Program-made: the position numbers and the translations under genes | Shown: piece after piece, positions 38,521-46,737 of the stretch | How the letters are laid out: each line of letters opens with the position of its first letter | Position numbering within the stretch: the stretch's first letter is position 1 | The notes under the pieces: model-generated | Told to the model about the DNA's origin: nothing | The model's database searches: none | Seen by the model: only the letters and a program-made list of their open reading frames with translations | NCBI GenBank assembly: GCA_035620375.1 | Contig: DASPGX010000028.1 | Coordinates: 2,974-66,973, forward strand | Length of the DNA: 64,000 nt | Origin: Minisyncoccota bacterium | Lineage (GTDB): Bacteria; Patescibacteriota; Minisyncoccia; 2-02-FULL-40-12; GWA2-44-9 | Direction of reading: 5' to 3'

Positions 38521-40121
38521 CCGGAAAAGAGTGGGGATATGCGCGGGGTACGCCAGGCGACATCCAGACCTGCGCCGGCCCTGATGAGGTCGGTGACCGC
38601 GGGGAGCTCATCCACCAGAACCCGGTCTTTGGTGACCGCGGGGAATACACGGCGCACGGCGCGGTACAATTCCGACGCCGCGGGCGAAAGCCGCCGCGTC
38701 GCCCGCATGACGTCGGTCGCCTGGGCGAGCGTGATGAGTTCCACGGCGCACAGGATGCGCAGGTCCTCGGCCGTTTTCATCGTCAGCAGTGCCGAGTCGG
38801 TGCCCATACTCACGACGTCCTGGTTGTCGGCATTCGTGGACATGGAGTGAACGCGGTGCGGATACGCCATGGACTGGGCGTGTGACGCGGTGGAGGTCGC
38901 CACGAACTGCAGGCCCTGCAGGGAAAGGTTCAGGCCGGCGGTCGCCAGATTCAGAAACGGCGGCAATCTTCGGTTCACGTTCCGGTTCAGGAAGAAATTA
39001 ATCTGTCGCTCCGCCAGCAGCGTCAGTTTCGCCATCGCCGCGCGGAGTTCGTCGGCAGCCTGTGCGACGTATTCGCCGTGAAAGTTCCCGCCGTGCAGGA
39101 ATTTTCCCGACACCGGGTCCACGATGGGATTGTCGGTAACGGAGTTTATCTCCGTCTCAACCGTCTCCCGGGAGCGGGCCAACACGTCCAGCGACGGGCC
39201 GACAATCTGGGGGATACACCGGAAGGAATAGATTTCCTGCACGTCCTCGTCGATGAACCGTGTCGCTTCCGTGATGCGGTGCTTGCGTTGGAAAGCCTCG
39301 CGCTGCTTGATGAGCCGGGAGCCGGCGGTGAGTTCGCGCAGGGCAAGGCCGACGGTCAGCTGGCCGCGGTGCGGACGCAGTTCGTGCAGGCGTTCGGACA
39401 GTCCGTCCGCGAACGCGCCGATGAGTTCCAGAGCCCAGGCGCCCGAGCGGACGGCGACCGAGAGCAGGCGGTCGGCGTCGCGGCAGGCGACCGCCATGAT
39501 GCCGGCCATGAACGAAGTGCCGTTGATGACCGCGAGCCCGTCGCGCGGGATGAGGCGGTACGGCTCAAGTCCCGCAAGTTTCAGTGCCCGCGCGGCCGGC
39601 ATGCGTTCATCGCGGTACCGCACATGCCCCTCACCGATAAGCGCCAGTCCGACATGCGCGAGCTGTACGAGGTCGCCGCTCGTGCCCACGGCCCCGTGTT
39701 CGGGAACTTCGGGAATGATGCGGTGGTTGATGACCGCCGCGAGCGCGTGCAACAGCTCGGCGGAGACCCCCGACATGCCGCGGGCAAGCGTGTTGAGCCT
39801 GACCAGCATGGCGGCAAGCACCAACGGGTCCGGCACCGGCGCGCCCATGCCGACCGCGTGGCTCCGGATGAGGTTCGTCTGCAACTCCGTCAGCGCTTTG
39901 CGGGAAATGAGGTGCGAGGCCATCGGTCCGAATCCCGTGTTCACGCCGTAGATGACTTTGCTGGTCAGGTTCTTCTCCAGCATCATCCGGCTTTCCTGCG
40001 TCCGCGCAAAAACATCGTCGTCAATAACCGCCGACATTTTCGGGTCGGCGACAAATGCCCAGATGCGCCTGATGTCCAGGTCGCCGCCGGTGATGAGCAA
40101 TGTGCGCGGCATGTTGTGCAC
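38517..40121 (-). CDS. Aromatic amino-acid ammonia-lyase/aminomutase (HAL/PAL/TAL family, MIO cofactor; T-S-G triad variant)
   Basis: GVNTGFG, the MIO-forming GTSGDLVQLAH (TSG rather than ASG), NGTSFMAG and SVTDNP blocks. Confidence 0.8.
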   Translation of the reverse strand: MHNMPRTLLITGGDLDIRRIWAFVADPKMSAVIDDDVFARTQESRMMLEKNLTSKVIYGVNTGFGPMASHLISRKALTELQTNLIRSHAVGMGAPVPDPLVLAAMLVRLNTLARGMSGVSAELLHALAAVINHRIIPEVPEHGAVGTSGDLVQLAHVGLALIGEGHVRYRDERMPAARALKLAGLEPYRLIPRDGLAVINGTSFMAGIMAVACRDADRLLSVAVRSGAWALELIGAFADGLSERLHELRPHRGQLTVGLALRELTAGSRLIKQREAFQRKHRITEATRFIDEDVQEIYSFRCIPQIVGPSLDVLARSRETVETEINSVTDNPIVDPVSGKFLHGGNFHGEYVAQAADELRAAMAKLTLLAERQINFFLNRNVNRRLPPFLNLATAGLNLSLQGLQFVATSTASHAQSMAYPHRVHSMSTNADNQDVVSMGTDSALLTMKTAEDLRILCAVELITLAQATDVMRATRRLSPAASELYRAVRRVFPAVTKDRVLVDELPAVTDLIRAGAGLDVAWRTPRISPLFSG

Positions 40122-40185
40122 TCATTGTATCGGAATCGGTGATAGAATGATTGTGTATTACGTATTCACTCATTCGTTCATCGTT

Positions 40186-40602
40186 ATGACATACGACGTA
40201 GCAATCAATATATGGACCGTGGTCGGCGCCGCGGCCGCGAGTTTCGTGGTCGGCATGCTCTGGTACGGTCCGGTCTTCGGAAAAACCTGGATGAAGCTCT
40301 CGGGGATTTCCCGGGCGGACATGAAATCCATGCCGTTGACTCCCGTGCAGGCCATGGTGGGCGGCGCGGTTACGGCCCTGCTGATGGCCTATGTGCTCGC
40401 CTGGCTGGCGCAAGCCCTGATTCTGCTTTCGGCGAGTGACGCGATGCGGATGGCGTTCTGGCTCTGGCTCGGATTCTTCGTCCCGCTGACCGCGGGTTCG
40501 TGGTTGTGGGAGGGCAAGCCGTTGAGGCTCTTCCTTTTTAACGCTGCGCATTGGCTTGTCGCGCTCTCGGCGATGAGCTACGTCGTCGTCCGCTGGATGT
40601 AG
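40186..40602 (+). CDS. DUF1761-like small membrane protein (divergent from the biosynthetic operon)
   Basis: MTYDVAINIWTVVGAAAASFVVGMLWYGPVFGKTW and ~4 TM helices. The long ORF-track version (from 39952) is an unlikely extension. Confidence 0.45.
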   Translation: MTYDVAINIWTVVGAAAASFVVGMLWYGPVFGKTWMKLSGISRADMKSMPLTPVQAMVGGAVTALLMAYVLAWLAQALILLSASDAMRMAFWLWLGFFVPLTAGSWLWEGKPLRLFLFNAAHWLVALSAMSYVVVRWM

Positions 40603-40717
40603 GATTCCGGCCGCAAGATCATCACCCCGGTTCCGTACGGAGCCGGGGTGATTGGTATATGAAACGGTCAGCGCCCTGCGGTTTCCATGAGAAACAGATA
40701 TACCAACATGGCAAGTT

Positions 40718-41257
40718 TTGTCGTTTTCGGCCTGTGATAGGATTGAGGCGATGGACCCGAAGGATACAGAACCGTTCCCGTTGTCCCCGGAACCCGGTCG
40801 TTCCGTAATCCGGCACGGCTCCGGAGACATCACGAGCATAGAGGAAAAGACCGAGGACGAGTTTGTGCGCTACGACGAGCGGATGAAGCTCTGGGGCTGG
40901 CTCTCCAGGGAATTCGGGGCGAAGTGGGAGATGATGAGCCAGCAGCAGCGGGAGGCGACCGTCCAGAAATACATCGTCACCATCATTGAAGAACTCAAGG
41001 CCATGGCCGGCGGACTGTGGGACCAGCTCTCTCCGGAAAATAAGCGTGAGTTGTTCCACGCCCGCTTCATTGACCGCACCGCGCCTCCGGTACCCGTCCG
41101 TCCCGCAAAGCCGCCGGTCCGGAAGGCGGGCCCTGAAGGGAAAACCGAACACCGCGCGACGGGATTCGTGGATTGGGTCGCGCGGAACGCCGGCCGTCTT
41201 CCGGCGGACTGGGGAGAACGGAGAAAGATGTATCTTGAAGAAACGGGCGGTGAGTAA
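40718..41257 (+). CDS. Hypothetical protein
   Basis: Balanced composition (W/Y/K/E present). The antisense 403-aa ORF is L/R/H-rich and rejected. The start may be the ATG at 40751. Confidence 0.4.
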   Translation: MSFSACDRIEAMDPKDTEPFPLSPEPGRSVIRHGSGDITSIEEKTEDEFVRYDERMKLWGWLSREFGAKWEMMSQQQREATVQKYIVTIIEELKAMAGGLWDQLSPENKRELFHARFIDRTAPPVPVRPAKPPVRKAGPEGKTEHRATGFVDWVARNAGRLPADWGERRKMYLEETGGE

Positions 41258-41272
41258 TAACCAATTCTCATT

Positions 41273-41866
41273 ATGAGCGAATCGAACCGCGAGCCGGCAA
41301 TACGCAGGGAGATGGGCGGCCACGAGGATTACGGTGCCTATGAGCGCAAGGTGCGCCAGGAAATGTGGGAGCAGTACAAGGACATGTTGCGCGAGCTTCC
41401 CACTCATGACGACCGTGAGGAGGCGGTTCGGAAGCTGGCCAAGCAGGAGATGGCGCGCCGGGCGAGCGCGAAGGTGAAGGCCGAGAGCCGGGAACCGGAA
41501 CCGGCCGGGAAAAAGACGGAACAGGGTCCGGCCCCCGCCGCATCCGTGGAGAAGCCCCTGGGAATCCTGGATGCCGGTCCGTGGCTCAAATGGGACGACG
41601 TCGTCTATGCCGAGGGCAAGTTCCACGTGTTCACGTCGGAATTCGTCCCTGCGCTTGTTGAGGCGCTCGGTGAACTGTCCAGCGACATGCAGGTGCGCAC
41701 GCGCCAGATGAACATGATACGCAATCTGTATCAGGGCAAGCTGTTCCGCATGTACGCGAACCAGTATCCCGACCGTCCGGCGGACGAGTTGCGCGAGAAC
41801 GTGCAGGGATGGCTGGACGAGCGGTGGGAGCAAACGCTTGCCGCCGCGCGGCGCCTGGCGTCATAG
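41273..41866 (+). CDS. Hypothetical protein
   Basis: 197-aa ORF with plausible composition and a charged N-terminal half. No motif recognised. Confidence 0.4.
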   Translation: MSESNREPAIRREMGGHEDYGAYERKVRQEMWEQYKDMLRELPTHDDREEAVRKLAKQEMARRASAKVKAESREPEPAGKKTEQGPAPAASVEKPLGILDAGPWLKWDDVVYAEGKFHVFTSEFVPALVEALGELSSDMQVRTRQMNMIRNLYQGKLFRMYANQYPDRPADELRENVQGWLDERWEQTLAAARRLAS

Positions 41867-41878
41867 TCCTGAGCGACC

Positions 41879-42877
41879 ATGGAGAGTTACGTCATTATCG
41901 GACTGCTGGTGGTCCTGTGCGGCGCCGTACTCTATGCGGCGCGTTCGTTGCGCCGTCCGGCCGACACGAAACCTGACCAGTCCGTGCTGATGCTTTCCCA
42001 GCGCGTCGAAGCGCTCTCGCACCAGCTCTCGCATCAAATGGAGCAGTCGCGGCAAGCCACCGAGCGCTCGGGGGCCAGCGTCTTCTCGCAGGTGCAGGCG
42101 TTCACGCAGGGGATGACTGAGCTGCGCGAGTCGGTCAAGCAGGTGCGCGAGTCGGTCAAGGATGTCGCCTCGTTCCAGGAGATGTTCCGGTCCCCCAAAC
42201 TCCGGGGCCAATGGGGGGAGTTGTCTCTGGGGGCCATTCTCAAGGAGTATTTCCCCAAAGGCGGGTACGAGGAACAGCACTACTTTGCAGGCGGTGAGGC
42301 GGTAGACGCTGTTGTCCGGCTCCCGAACGGCCTGCTCCTGCCTATCGATTCAAAATTCAATTGGGACAATTTCAAGAAGATGACGGAAAGCGAGAGCGAG
42401 ACTGCCCGGGCTGCCTACCGCAAACAATTTCTGTCCGACGTGAAAAAGAAGGTGGACGAAATCGCGACTAAGTACGTCCTGCCCAGCGAGGGGACGGTGG
42501 ATATGGCGCTCATGTATATGCCCGCAGAGAGCATCTACTACGAGGTTGTCCAGAATGTCCGGGAAGAGGATGTCGCCGAATACGCGCGCAAGCGCAAGGT
42601 ATACCTCACCTCGCCGAACACGTTGTATATCACGCTGTCTGCCGTCATTCACTGGTTCAAGGACTCGCAGTTACAGAGCCAGACGCGGGCCATCATGAAG
42701 CGGTTGGAAACCGTGATTAAAGATGCCGGAACGCTGGCGAACGAGTTCCGCAAGCTCGGAGATCACCTATCCGATGCCTCTTCCGCCTATGAACGGACCG
42801 ACAAGAAGCTCGGCCACCTTGTCGAGCGGACACAGAAGGTGATAGAAATGAGTGAGCAGGAGAATTTGCTTTCGTAA
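41879..42877 (+). CDS. rmuC: DNA recombination protein RmuC
   Basis: N-terminal TM, coiled coil, then the RmuC block RGQWGELSLGAILKEYFP...LPIDSKF... Confidence 0.8.
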   Translation: MESYVIIGLLVVLCGAVLYAARSLRRPADTKPDQSVLMLSQRVEALSHQLSHQMEQSRQATERSGASVFSQVQAFTQGMTELRESVKQVRESVKDVASFQEMFRSPKLRGQWGELSLGAILKEYFPKGGYEEQHYFAGGEAVDAVVRLPNGLLLPIDSKFNWDNFKKMTESESETARAAYRKQFLSDVKKKVDEIATKYVLPSEGTVDMALMYMPAESIYYEVVQNVREEDVAEYARKRKVYLTSPNTLYITLSAVIHWFKDSQLQSQTRAIMKRLETVIKDAGTLANEFRKLGDHLSDASSAYERTDKKLGHLVERTQKVIEMSEQENLLS

Positions 42878-42888
42878 TACCGCGAACC

Positions 42889-43557
42889 ATGCCCGACGAA
42901 GAATTGCCAGCGATGCCCGAGCTCCCTGTTGCGCCGGTTGAGAAGCCGGATGTTTCCGCGTCGCCTGACCGTCCGAAAGCTCCCGAGGCCCCCAAGCGGT
43001 CCATAGCCGCCGAGGACAAGCCGGTGCCGCGTCCGGAGCGCAAGACCGCCCCGGCTACAGCGCCCCGCGCTCCCGAGCGCACCATCGTTTCCGGGGACGC
43101 GCCGGCAGGCGCGGAAGGTGAACCCAAAAGCGGTGAGCGCAAAGAGGGTACGCCGGAGAAGGGCGGACTTGAACGGGATATGGAGAAAAAAGCGGCAGAG
43201 CGTGGACTTGCTCCGGAAGAGAAAAAGAGCTGGTGGACGGAAAAGGTTCCTATCACGTCCAACGCCGCGAAGGGTCCGAAAGAGCCGCTTTCGTTCGGTC
43301 AGCGGTTGTGGCGCGGCATCAAGGGCGGCGCGCTGATGTATCCCGTAGGTATCTTGACGACCGTGGGTATGGGCATCTGGGGGAGCCTGGGGAAAATCGC
43401 TGAGAATGTGGCGACCTATGGGACCACGTATGTGCCCTGGGCCCAGTGGTTCGGCGCTTCGCTGACTCATCCCATAACTCTTGGGGTCGTCGGCGCAGGG
43501 TTCGCCGCGGGCTTCTTGACCCATTGGTTCCGTAAGCGGCGGGAGCAGAAGAAATAG
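42889..43557 (+). CDS. Hypothetical membrane-anchored protein with Pro/Lys/Glu-rich N-terminal region
   Basis: Low-complexity PKAPEAPK-type segment, then three hydrophobic helices and a basic tail. Confidence 0.4.
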   Translation: MPDEELPAMPELPVAPVEKPDVSASPDRPKAPEAPKRSIAAEDKPVPRPERKTAPATAPRAPERTIVSGDAPAGAEGEPKSGERKEGTPEKGGLERDMEKKAAERGLAPEEKKSWWTEKVPITSNAAKGPKEPLSFGQRLWRGIKGGALMYPVGILTTVGMGIWGSLGKIAENVATYGTTYVPWAQWFGASLTHPITLGVVGAGFAAGFLTHWFRKRREQKK

Positions 43558-43700
43558 CCGGACCTCTTTCCTTTTTCCGCGGTTTCCGTATAATCGGGTC
43601 TGTATTTTTGAATACACTTCGCCTATGCGGAGTGTATTCGTCCCGAGGAGCCGCGCCCGTGTGCCCGGCGACGGGATTTCACGCTTTTCCGTAAACCGGT

Positions 43701-45689
43701 ATGGATATTTTCCTCGTATCTCTCATCGCGGCGGTTGTTGCGCTTGTGTATGGCGCGTTTCTTGCATGGACCGTACTGAAGCAGCCTGCGGGTGATGAGC
43801 GTATGCAGAGCATTGCGCGCGCCATTCAGGAGGGTGCGTCTGCATATCTGAAGCGCCAGAACCGGACCGTCATCATCGTGGGCGTGCCGGTAACGGTCGC
43901 ACTGTACTTCCTGCTCGGATGGGGCACGGCCGCCGGGTTCGTCGTCGGCGCGTTCGCTTCCGCGCTTGCGGGCTGGCTCGGCATGGCGGTGGCGGTACGC
44001 GCGAATGTCCGCGTCGCGGAGCAGGCGAAGTACGGCATGGCCCCGGCGTTCTCCCTGGGATTTAAGGGCGGTGCGGTCACCGGATTCGCGGTGGTCGGTC
44101 TCGCCCTGCTCTCGCTGACCGTTTTCTATTGGCTCACCGGTGACGTCATTGCGTTGATTGGCCTCGGTTTCGGCGCCTCGCTTATCTCGGTCTTTGCGCG
44201 TTTGGGCGGCGGCATCTTCACCAAGGGCGCCGACGTCGGCGCCGACCTGGTGGGCAAGATTGAAGCGGGAATCCCCGAAGACGACCCGCGAAATCCGGCG
44301 GTTATCGCCGACAACGTCGGCGATAATGTCGGCGACGATGCGGGCATGGCAGCGGACCTCTTTGAAACATACGTGGTCTCGGCGATTTCCGTCATGCTCC
44401 TGACGCATCTTCTGCTTCCGCAGTTCCCCGAACTGGTCAAACTTCCTCTGCTCATCGGCGCCGCCGCGGTCGTCGCGTCCGTCGTCGGTTCGTTCTTCGT
44501 GCGTCTGCGGGGAAGCATCATGGGTGCGCTGTACCGCGGCGGCATCGTGACGGCCGGCGTCGCCGCCGCGCTGTTCTGGGCGATGACGAAGTATGCGCCG
44601 GTCATTACCGAACTCGGCGAAGAGGCGGGCACGGTAATCTTTTGGTCGCTTATCATCGGTATCGCGGTCACCGCGTTGATGGTTCTCATCACCGAGTACT
44701 ACACGTCCAAGCGGTTCCGCCCTGTCCGTGCCATCGCTGAGGCGAGCACCACGGGCCATGGCACAAACGTCATCATGGGACTGGCCATGAGCATGCAGGC
44801 CACGGCGCTTCCGCTGGTCGTCATCGGCGGGGCCATGCTCGGTGCGTACCAGCTTGCCGGTCTGTACGGCATCGCACTGGCGACCATGAGCATGCTGTCG
44901 CTGACGGGTATGGTCGTCGCCATTGATGCGTTCGGACCCATCACCGACAATGCCGGCGGCATCGCGGAGATGGCGAAGCTTCCCCAGGAAGTCCGCGACG
45001 TCACCGACCCGCTGGACGCGGTCGGAAACACGACCAAGGCGGTCACCAAGGGGTACGCCATCGCGTCGGCCGGCCTTGCCGCGCTGGTGCTGTTCGCCGC
45101 CTACACGCAGGAACTGCAGGCCGCGGGCCGGTTCGTACTGTTCATGCTTGCCGATGTGCGCGTGCTCGTCGGCCTGCTCATCGGCGGCATGATGCCGTAT
45201 CTGTTCGGCTCGTTCGCGATGCAGGCGGTTTCCAAGGCGGGCTCGGCGGTCGTGGACGAAGTTCGCCGTCAGTTCCGCGAGAAGCCCGGCATCATGACCG
45301 GCACCGACAAGCCGGATTACGGTTCGGCCGTGGACATCGTCACTAAGGCGGCCATCCGCGAAATGATTATTCCGGCGCTCATTCCGGTCGTCTTTCCCAT
45401 CGCCGTCGGTTTCCTGCTGGGGCCTGAGGCGCTCGGCGGTCTGCTGGTCGGAACCATCGTGACGGGTCTGTTCGTCGCCATCTCCATGACCTCGGGCGGT
45501 GGTGCATGGGACAACGCGAAGAAATACATTGAAGAGGGCAATCACGGCGGCAAGGGCTCCGACGCCCACAAGGCCGCAATCACCGGAGACACCGTGGGCG
45601 ACCCGTATAAGGATACGGCAGGGCCGGCGATTAATCCGATGATTAAAGTCGCCAACATTGTGGCTCTCTTGATAGCCCGCTTCATCTAA
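43701..45689 (+). CDS. hppA: Membrane-bound H+(or Na+)-translocating pyrophosphatase
   Basis: [33 protein letters not shown] and DNAGGIAEM signature blocks. 662 aa and multi-TM. Confidence 0.95.
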   Translation: MDIFLVSLIAAVVALVYGAFLAWTVLKQPAGDERMQSIARAIQEGASAYLKRQNRTVIIVGVPVTVALYFLLGWGTAAGFVVGAFASALAGWLGMAVAVRANVRVAEQAKYGMAPAFSLGFKGGAVTGFAVVGLALLSLTVFYWLTGDVIALIGLGFGASLISVFARLGGGIFTKGADVGADLVGKIEAGIPEDDPRNPAVIADNVGDNVGDDAGMAADLFETYVVSAISVMLLTHLLLPQFPELVKLPLLIGAAAVVASVVGSFFVRLRGSIMGALYRGGIVTAGVAAALFWAMTKYAPVITELGEEAGTVIFWSLIIGIAVTALMVLITEYYTSKRFRPVRAIAEASTTGHGTNVIMGLAMSMQATALPLVVIGGAMLGAYQLAGLYGIALATMSMLSLTGMVVAIDAFGPITDNAGGIAEMAKLPQEVRDVTDPLDAVGNTTKAVTKGYAIASAGLAALVLFAAYTQELQAAGRFVLFMLADVRVLVGLLIGGMMPYLFGSFAMQAVSKAGSAVVDEVRRQFREKPGIMTGTDKPDYGSAVDIVTKAAIREMIIPALIPVVFPIAVGFLLGPEALGGLLVGTIVTGLFVAISMTSGGGAWDNAKKYIEEGNHGGKGSDAHKAAITGDTVGDPYKDTAGPAINPMIKVANIVALLIARFI

Positions 45690-45744
45690 GAGTATCTCCA
45701 CACCAAACACCCCGCTCCGGCGGGGTGTTTGGTATAATGAGGAC

Positions 45745-46512
45745 ATGACGAACGGAGCTCCGGATTTCGCGCAACGTCAGTCCATTCCGTCCGTGCCGGC
45801 CGCCCAGCCGCGGCACGCAGCGAACATCGGAAGCGTGCGCGATGTCATGACGACCGACGTGCTCGCCATCGCTGCCGACGACACGCTGGATATCGTGGCG
45901 GGTCTCTTTGAGAAGTACGACTACGACGGCATGCCCGTCGTGGACGCCGGCTACAAACTGCTCGGCGTGATTACGGCGTACGACATGGTCCTGCAGTCCT
46001 CCGGCATGCACCTGCCGACGGTTATCGGCATCATGGAGAACATCGCCAAGGGGAAGGGCGACCGCCGCCAGCTGGACGAGCAGTTCGGCAAACTCAAGGA
46101 GATTTCGGCGACCAGCATCATGAACACCAAGCCGCTGACCGTCGGCCCCGACGCGCCGCTCTCCGATGCCGCCGGACTCTTCGCCCAGCACCCCAAGGTC
46201 AACCCGCTCTGCGTCGTGGACGCCCAGGGCAAGCTCGTCGGAGTCATTTCGCGCTATGACATCCTGAAATTCTTCAACGAGAAGTATTTCAACAAGGTCG
46301 TGCAGGACGTGAACGAGGGCGATCCGTTCAAGGCGTTTCCGACCCGTTCCGCCCGCAAGGCCGAGGAAGCGCTGGGCGAGGTGGAGAAGGAGTTTTTGCT
46401 GGTGACCAAGCGGCGTCCGCTCATCTGGAAGTACGTGGCAATTGCCATGTTCGCCGCGGGCCTTATCGTCGCCACAGCGTTGATTATCCGCATCGTGCAG
46501 CGGGGCGGATGA
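45745..46512 (+). CDS. CBS-domain pair protein with C-terminal TM helix
   Basis: Two CBS repeats (VRDVMTTDVLAI..., TSIMNTKPLTVGP...) and a terminal hydrophobic helix. Confidence 0.6.
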   Translation: MTNGAPDFAQRQSIPSVPAAQPRHAANIGSVRDVMTTDVLAIAADDTLDIVAGLFEKYDYDGMPVVDAGYKLLGVITAYDMVLQSSGMHLPTVIGIMENIAKGKGDRRQLDEQFGKLKEISATSIMNTKPLTVGPDAPLSDAAGLFAQHPKVNPLCVVDAQGKLVGVISRYDILKFFNEKYFNKVVQDVNEGDPFKAFPTRSARKAEEALGEVEKEFLLVTKRRPLIWKYVAIAMFAAGLIVATALIIRIVQRGG

Positions 46513-46535
46513 GGCTGGGGTAGAAAGGAGGGGGT

Positions 46536-46578
46536 CCAAATTTTAACGGCTCACTTGGTGAGCCGTTAAAATTTGATT
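46536..46578. repeat. Intergenic palindromic element copy 3 (core AACGGCTCAC-ttg-GTGAGCCGTT)
   Basis: ccaaattttaacggctcac-ttg-gtgagccgttaaaatttg(a). The core has a compensatory T-to-C / A-to-G change that keeps pairing. Lies between convergent genes. Confidence 0.6.
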
Positions 46579-46592
46579 GGCCGGTCTGCGCG

Positions 46593-46721
46593 CTACTTAT
46601 TCACCTGCTTCCAGAGCCAGGCGATGAGCAGGGCGCCGATGACGACGAGCTCAATCTGGAACAGTGACCCGAAGACGAGTCCGCCGCCCCAACCGCCCAT
46701 CATGCCTTCATATCCCATCAT
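46593..46721 (-). CDS. Candidate 42-aa Met/Gly-rich single-TM mini-protein immediately downstream of copB
   Basis: Minus-strand ORF MMGYEGMMGGWGGGLVFGSLFQIELVVIGALLIAWLWKQVNK. Too short for the ORF track. Mx2-3M motifs resemble Cu(I)-binding Met motifs. Confidence 0.3.
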   Translation of the reverse strand: MMGYEGMMGGWGGGLVFGSLFQIELVVIGALLIAWLWKQVNK

Positions 46722-46737
46722 GGATGAAGATATTAGG

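Noticed and set aside
32742-40142. Plus-strand ORFs (32742..34019, 33694..34368, 35082..35750, 36401..37045, 37219..38421, 39078..40142) across the kinase and biosynthetic cassette
   Set aside because: Each is antisense to a minus-strand gene with strong family motifs (HATPase boxes, nitroreductase, ThiF, adenylation motif, MIO lyase).
40622-41833. 403-aa minus-strand ORF
   Set aside because: L/R/H-rich antisense translation. The two plus-strand ORFs (40718..41257, 41273..41866) have balanced composition and are preferred, though they remain hypothetical.
43623-45746. 707-aa minus-strand ORF
   Set aside because: Exactly antisense to the H+-pyrophosphatase gene, which is unambiguous.
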